DNA of 11,801 nucleotides, taken from contig JAWAHS010000019.1 of assembly GCA_038889075.1 (NCBI GenBank), forward strand, positions 1 through 11,801. The letters run 5' to 3'. Positions 7,124 to 11,801 of this stretch are shown piece by piece. The notes under the pieces were generated by a model that worked only from the letters and a program-made list of their open reading frames with translations, ran no database searches and had not been told where the DNA came from. Source of the DNA: Ignisphaera sp. Its GTDB lineage: Archaea > Thermoproteota > Thermoprotei_A > Sulfolobales > Ignisphaeraceae. The translations under genes and the position numbers were made by a program. Position 1 is the first letter of the stretch; each line of letters begins with the position of its first letter.

Positions 7124-7157
7124 CCAGCCATGTAGGTATGTACTTGCCTGTTCACAG

Positions 7158-7172
7158 CTTATAAATTTATGC
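7158..7172 (-). promoter_or_regulatory. BRE-TATA box for the TFS-like gene and its downstream partner
   Basis: GCATAAA-TTTATAAG on -, TATA at 7165-7158, about 35 nt before the start at 7123. Confidence 0.6.
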
Positions 7173-7188
7173 CTTTCTATTTCTCAAT

Positions 7189-7255
7189 CATCAGCGTCTA
7201 GCGTCTTCTTCATTACCTCTATAAGAGGCTACGTGGTAATACCTGTCATCATCTG
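7189..7255 (-). ncRNA. Box C/D guide sRNA nested in the 3' end of the 95-aa ORF
   Basis: On -: C ATGATGA (7252-7246), 12-nt guide CAGGTATTACCA, degenerate D' CGTA (7233-7230), stem GCCTCT-TAT-AGAGGT, C' ATGAAGA (7213-7207), 12-nt guide AGACGCTAGACG, D CTGA (7194-7191, TGA = ORF stop). Confidence 0.78.
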
Positions 7256-7478
7256 GTATAGCTATCTCTATATTTTTGTAGAACTCTATAATCTTTTTGC
7301 ACAGCTTAGCCTCGCTTACGCTAATACATGGTGTACACAGCATTTCTCCGGTATTGAGCTCTACTACTACCCTTTCTCTATTATCATCGCATACCGTGGT
7401 GGTGGCTGAGACTATCATCCCCATCATTGCATACCCTTCGATATCCATGGGTTTTACATATTCCTTGCAGCTATCCAT
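7191..7478 (-). CDS. Hypothetical protein, 95 aa
   Basis: Starts 3 nt after the argS stop and is co-directional. Contains 5 Cys including CTPC. No family recognised. Confidence 0.75.
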   Translation of the reverse strand: MDSCKEYVKPMDIEGYAMMGMIVSATTTVCDDNRERVVVELNTGEMLCTPCISVSEAKLCKKIIEFYKNIEIAIPDDDRYYHVASYRGNEEDARR

Positions 7479-7481
7479 TTT

Positions 7482-9398
7482 CTATAACCTCTCTAGAGGT
7501 TCTATGCCGAGTACCTTAAATGCTCCTCTAAGTATCTGGTTTACAGCATATGTTATAATGAGTTTAGAGTTTCTCACACCCTTAATAGTTTCAAGTACTA
7601 TAGGCTCCTCATCATACCATGAATTGAATTCGTCTGCTAGTCTAATTATATATGTGGCTATTATTGAGGGGTCTAGCTCGGTATAGCTCCTATAGAATAC
7701 ATCTGGGTACTCGGAGACCATTTTTACAAGTCTCCATCTTCTTGGGCTATTCTGTGCAAAGTGTAGATCTGCTTCCCTAAGAATTGTGCTCCAGTCAAGT
7801 TCTATACCAAGCTCCTTGGCTTTTCTAAACACACCTTCAGTTCTTGCAAATGTGTAGAGTAGATATGGTGCTGAGTTCCGTTCAAAGTTTAGCACATTAT
7901 CCCACGAAAATTTGACCGGTCTCGATGGATTTACTGAGAGTAGGTAGAATCTTACGGCTGCTATACCTATAGCCTCTGCTATTTCTTCAGATTTCATACC
8001 CCTCTTTTCAAGTTCTGCTAACGATCTCACCTTAGCTTCCTCGAGCACGCTATCTAGCGTTACTATTCTTCCTCTTCTAGAGCTCATCTTAGTTCCCTCC
8101 ATGTTTACTATTTCATAGCTATAGTGTACCAGGTTTTCTGCCTCTCTATGGTATCCCAGCATGTATAGAGCCAGTCTAAGCTGCGCCTGTGGCAGTATTT
8201 GTTCAGATGCAATGACATTTACAACCTTATCAGCATTGTAGTCTCGGAATTTTTTTATCGAGTATGCTATATCTCTAACTGTGTATAGCGATGTACCATC
8301 GCTTCTTAAGAGTACTAGTGGTGGTATCTCTAGATTCTTCGGTATTCTTAATCTATTCCTTATACCCTCTGTGGCTAGAATCTGTCTAAAATCTACTGCT
8401 ACGGTCCCTTTGTATTCAGATGATATCTTCTTTAAGGCTTCTATAACCTTGTCGACTTCTCCACTCCAAACCAGATCGCTTTCCCAATCCCATACATCTA
8501 TATCTGCTTTGAATCTCTTAAGCGTCTGGTTTAAACCTTCTATACACAGGGATACCGCCTTCCGGGCTACTCTACTAACCTCCTCTTCCCCCTCTTCGTA
8601 GCCTTTCATTATTCTCGAAATTTCCCTCTCAATATCTGTATTCTTTAACCTCTCTAGTATCGTATCGAATACATCAGGTGCCTGTTCTCTCAGTCTTGCC
8701 GCATCTACTATAAGACTATCTAATTCTCTCTGTATCTCTCTTCTCCTCTCTTCACCACCCTCTATCTCCAGCCTCCTCTTTAGGTATGTTATCTCTATAA
8801 TAGTGTTAGTTATAGCGTATACGAGTCCTATCCAATGGTCCGGCTTCATACCCTTTGGAGGCTCTACATCTCTCAGCTGGCTAATTCCTAGTGTTAGTAT
8901 GGCTACCTGTCTACCGACATCATTTATGTAGAATCTTGTCTGAACATCGTTACCTACAGCCCTATTTATATTGGCTATGAAGCTCCCTATTGCTGCATTT
9001 CTAGCCGCTCCTATATGTAGGGGGTGGACAGGGTTTGCAGAGACGTACTCAACAACGACCCTTTTCCTATCACTCTCTCTATAGACTCCGTATTCCGCTC
9101 CGCTAGATACTATCGATGTAAATACGAGCTCTGTAAATTTGGGTCTATTAAACCACATATTTACATACAATCCAACGATGTCTACCTTCGATATATAGCT
9201 ACAAGTTTCTACGGACTTTACTATCCTATCGATATACTCGTTTCCCTGTGGTAGTTTAGATAATACTATAGTTAGATCTCCGTATTCCTCACGAGGAATT
9301 GTAAGCGATTCTCTAACGGCAGCAGGTTCTATACCTAGCTCCCTCGATATCTCTATAGATATGCAACTCCTAATGGTTTCAAGAGGATTTGCAGTCAT
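7482..9398 (-). CDS. argS: Arginyl-tRNA synthetase
   Basis: VEYVSANPVHPLHIGAARN (HIGH-like), YINDVGRQ, LRSDGTSLYTVRDIAY, KMSSRRG (KMSKS-like), APYLLYTFAR and C-terminal LGIEPLERL. Confidence 0.98.
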   Translation of the reverse strand: MTANPLETIRSCISIEISRELGIEPAAVRESLTIPREEYGDLTIVLSKLPQGNEYIDRIVKSVETCSYISKVDIVGLYVNMWFNRPKFTELVFTSIVSSGAEYGVYRESDRKRVVVEYVSANPVHPLHIGAARNAAIGSFIANINRAVGNDVQTRFYINDVGRQVAILTLGISQLRDVEPPKGMKPDHWIGLVYAITNTIIEITYLKRRLEIEGGEERRREIQRELDSLIVDAARLREQAPDVFDTILERLKNTDIEREISRIMKGYEEGEEEVSRVARKAVSLCIEGLNQTLKRFKADIDVWDWESDLVWSGEVDKVIEALKKISSEYKGTVAVDFRQILATEGIRNRLRIPKNLEIPPLVLLRSDGTSLYTVRDIAYSIKKFRDYNADKVVNVIASEQILPQAQLRLALYMLGYHREAENLVHYSYEIVNMEGTKMSSRRGRIVTLDSVLEEAKVRSLAELEKRGMKSEEIAEAIGIAAVRFYLLSVNPSRPVKFSWDNVLNFERNSAPYLLYTFARTEGVFRKAKELGIELDWSTILREADLHFAQNSPRRWRLVKMVSEYPDVFYRSYTELDPSIIATYIIRLADEFNSWYDEEPIVLETIKGVRNSKLIITYAVNQILRGAFKVLGIEPLERL

Positions 9399-9400
9399 AT

Positions 9401-9703
9401 CTATGATACACCAAATTGGACTAGAGGATCTTCAAAATCTACTGGAAGGGGCTTTCCAGCAGAAGTAATCTCTTCATACCGTCTATCGAGAAATCCTATA
9501 AATATTGCACAGTTATCGAATTTACCATCATATGGACACCTCTCACCAAGTTTAAGGAAACAGAGCTTCTTCTTTCTATCATAGAATGGGCAGAGCTTGT
9601 GATGCAGTTTAGCACTTCTAATCATCTTCTGTATCCAAATCTTTTTCTGATCCTTTGATCTATCCGCTGATTGCATCTGTTTACTCGATTCATTACTATC
9701 CAA
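9401..9703 (-). CDS. Hypothetical 4-Cys protein, first gene of the argS operon
   Basis: TTG start preceded by a GAGGTG RBS. Cx9Cx7Cx8C (CPFYD...CFL...CPYD...C). Stop lies 2 nt before the argS ATG. Confidence 0.85.
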   Translation of the reverse strand: MDSNESSKQMQSADRSKDQKKIWIQKMIRSAKLHHKLCPFYDRKKKLCFLKLGERCPYDGKFDNCAIFIGFLDRRYEEITSAGKPLPVDFEDPLVQFGVS

Positions 9704-9892
9704 CTAAACCACCTCATTGCAGCAATGGTATGGCACCTCAGTTCTATTTTTAATATAAGAAGTATTATAAGCTAATACACAAACGGTGAACAAACCAATA
9801 AGTAAGGGAGATGCGGACACCAACCAATTGCTACATTAAAATGCTGTACCGATGAGCACTGTACAGGCCCACTTGTACCTGGCCCCACCCCA

Positions 9893-11801
<1,909 letters not shown>

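Noticed and set aside
38-9254. Antisense ORFs 38..238, 511..933, 2047..2394, 3249..3485, 6181..6600, 7014..7409, 7297..7686, 8281..8601 and 9024..9254
   Set aside because: Each overlaps a better-supported gene on the opposite strand, and most have the Ser/Leu/Ile/Phe-rich composition typical of antisense frames.
9439-9463. Roughly 9-bp stem-loop upstream of the argS start
   Set aside because: It lies inside the 100-aa CDS, has no U-tract and is compatible with chance.

Overview
Housekeeping, translation and RNA-processing region of a hyperthermophilic crenarchaeon (Desulfurococcales-like). The assignment rests on the crenarchaeal-type EndA loop, the GlyRS motifs and a GC-rich rRNA in an AT-rich background. 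From left to right: agmatinase (- strand, runs off the left edge, absent from the ORF track), glyS, a stand-alone double-psi-barrel-like protein, a helical hypothetical, a degenerate DUF47/PhoU-like gene overlapping catalytic endA, an 8-Cys protein, tRNA-Asn(GTT), a SIS-like hypothetical, a TFS/RpoM paralog lacking the C-terminal ribbon, a 95-aa hypothetical, argS, a 4-Cys hypothetical and the 3' ~1.9 kb of 23S rRNA (no intron seen). The main unannotated signals are two box C/D guide sRNAs on the - strand. One starts 14 nt after tRNA-Asn and carries a guide that predicts wobble U34 methylation of tRNA-Glu(UUC). The other is nested in the last 20 codons of the 95-aa ORF, uses its stop codon as box D, and has two guides predicted to hit adjacent sites in 16S helix 18. 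The 23S peptidyl-transferase centre also carries several uncommon substitutions, including a compensatory U2065-A2445 pair. No mobile element, CRISPR array or defence system is evident.
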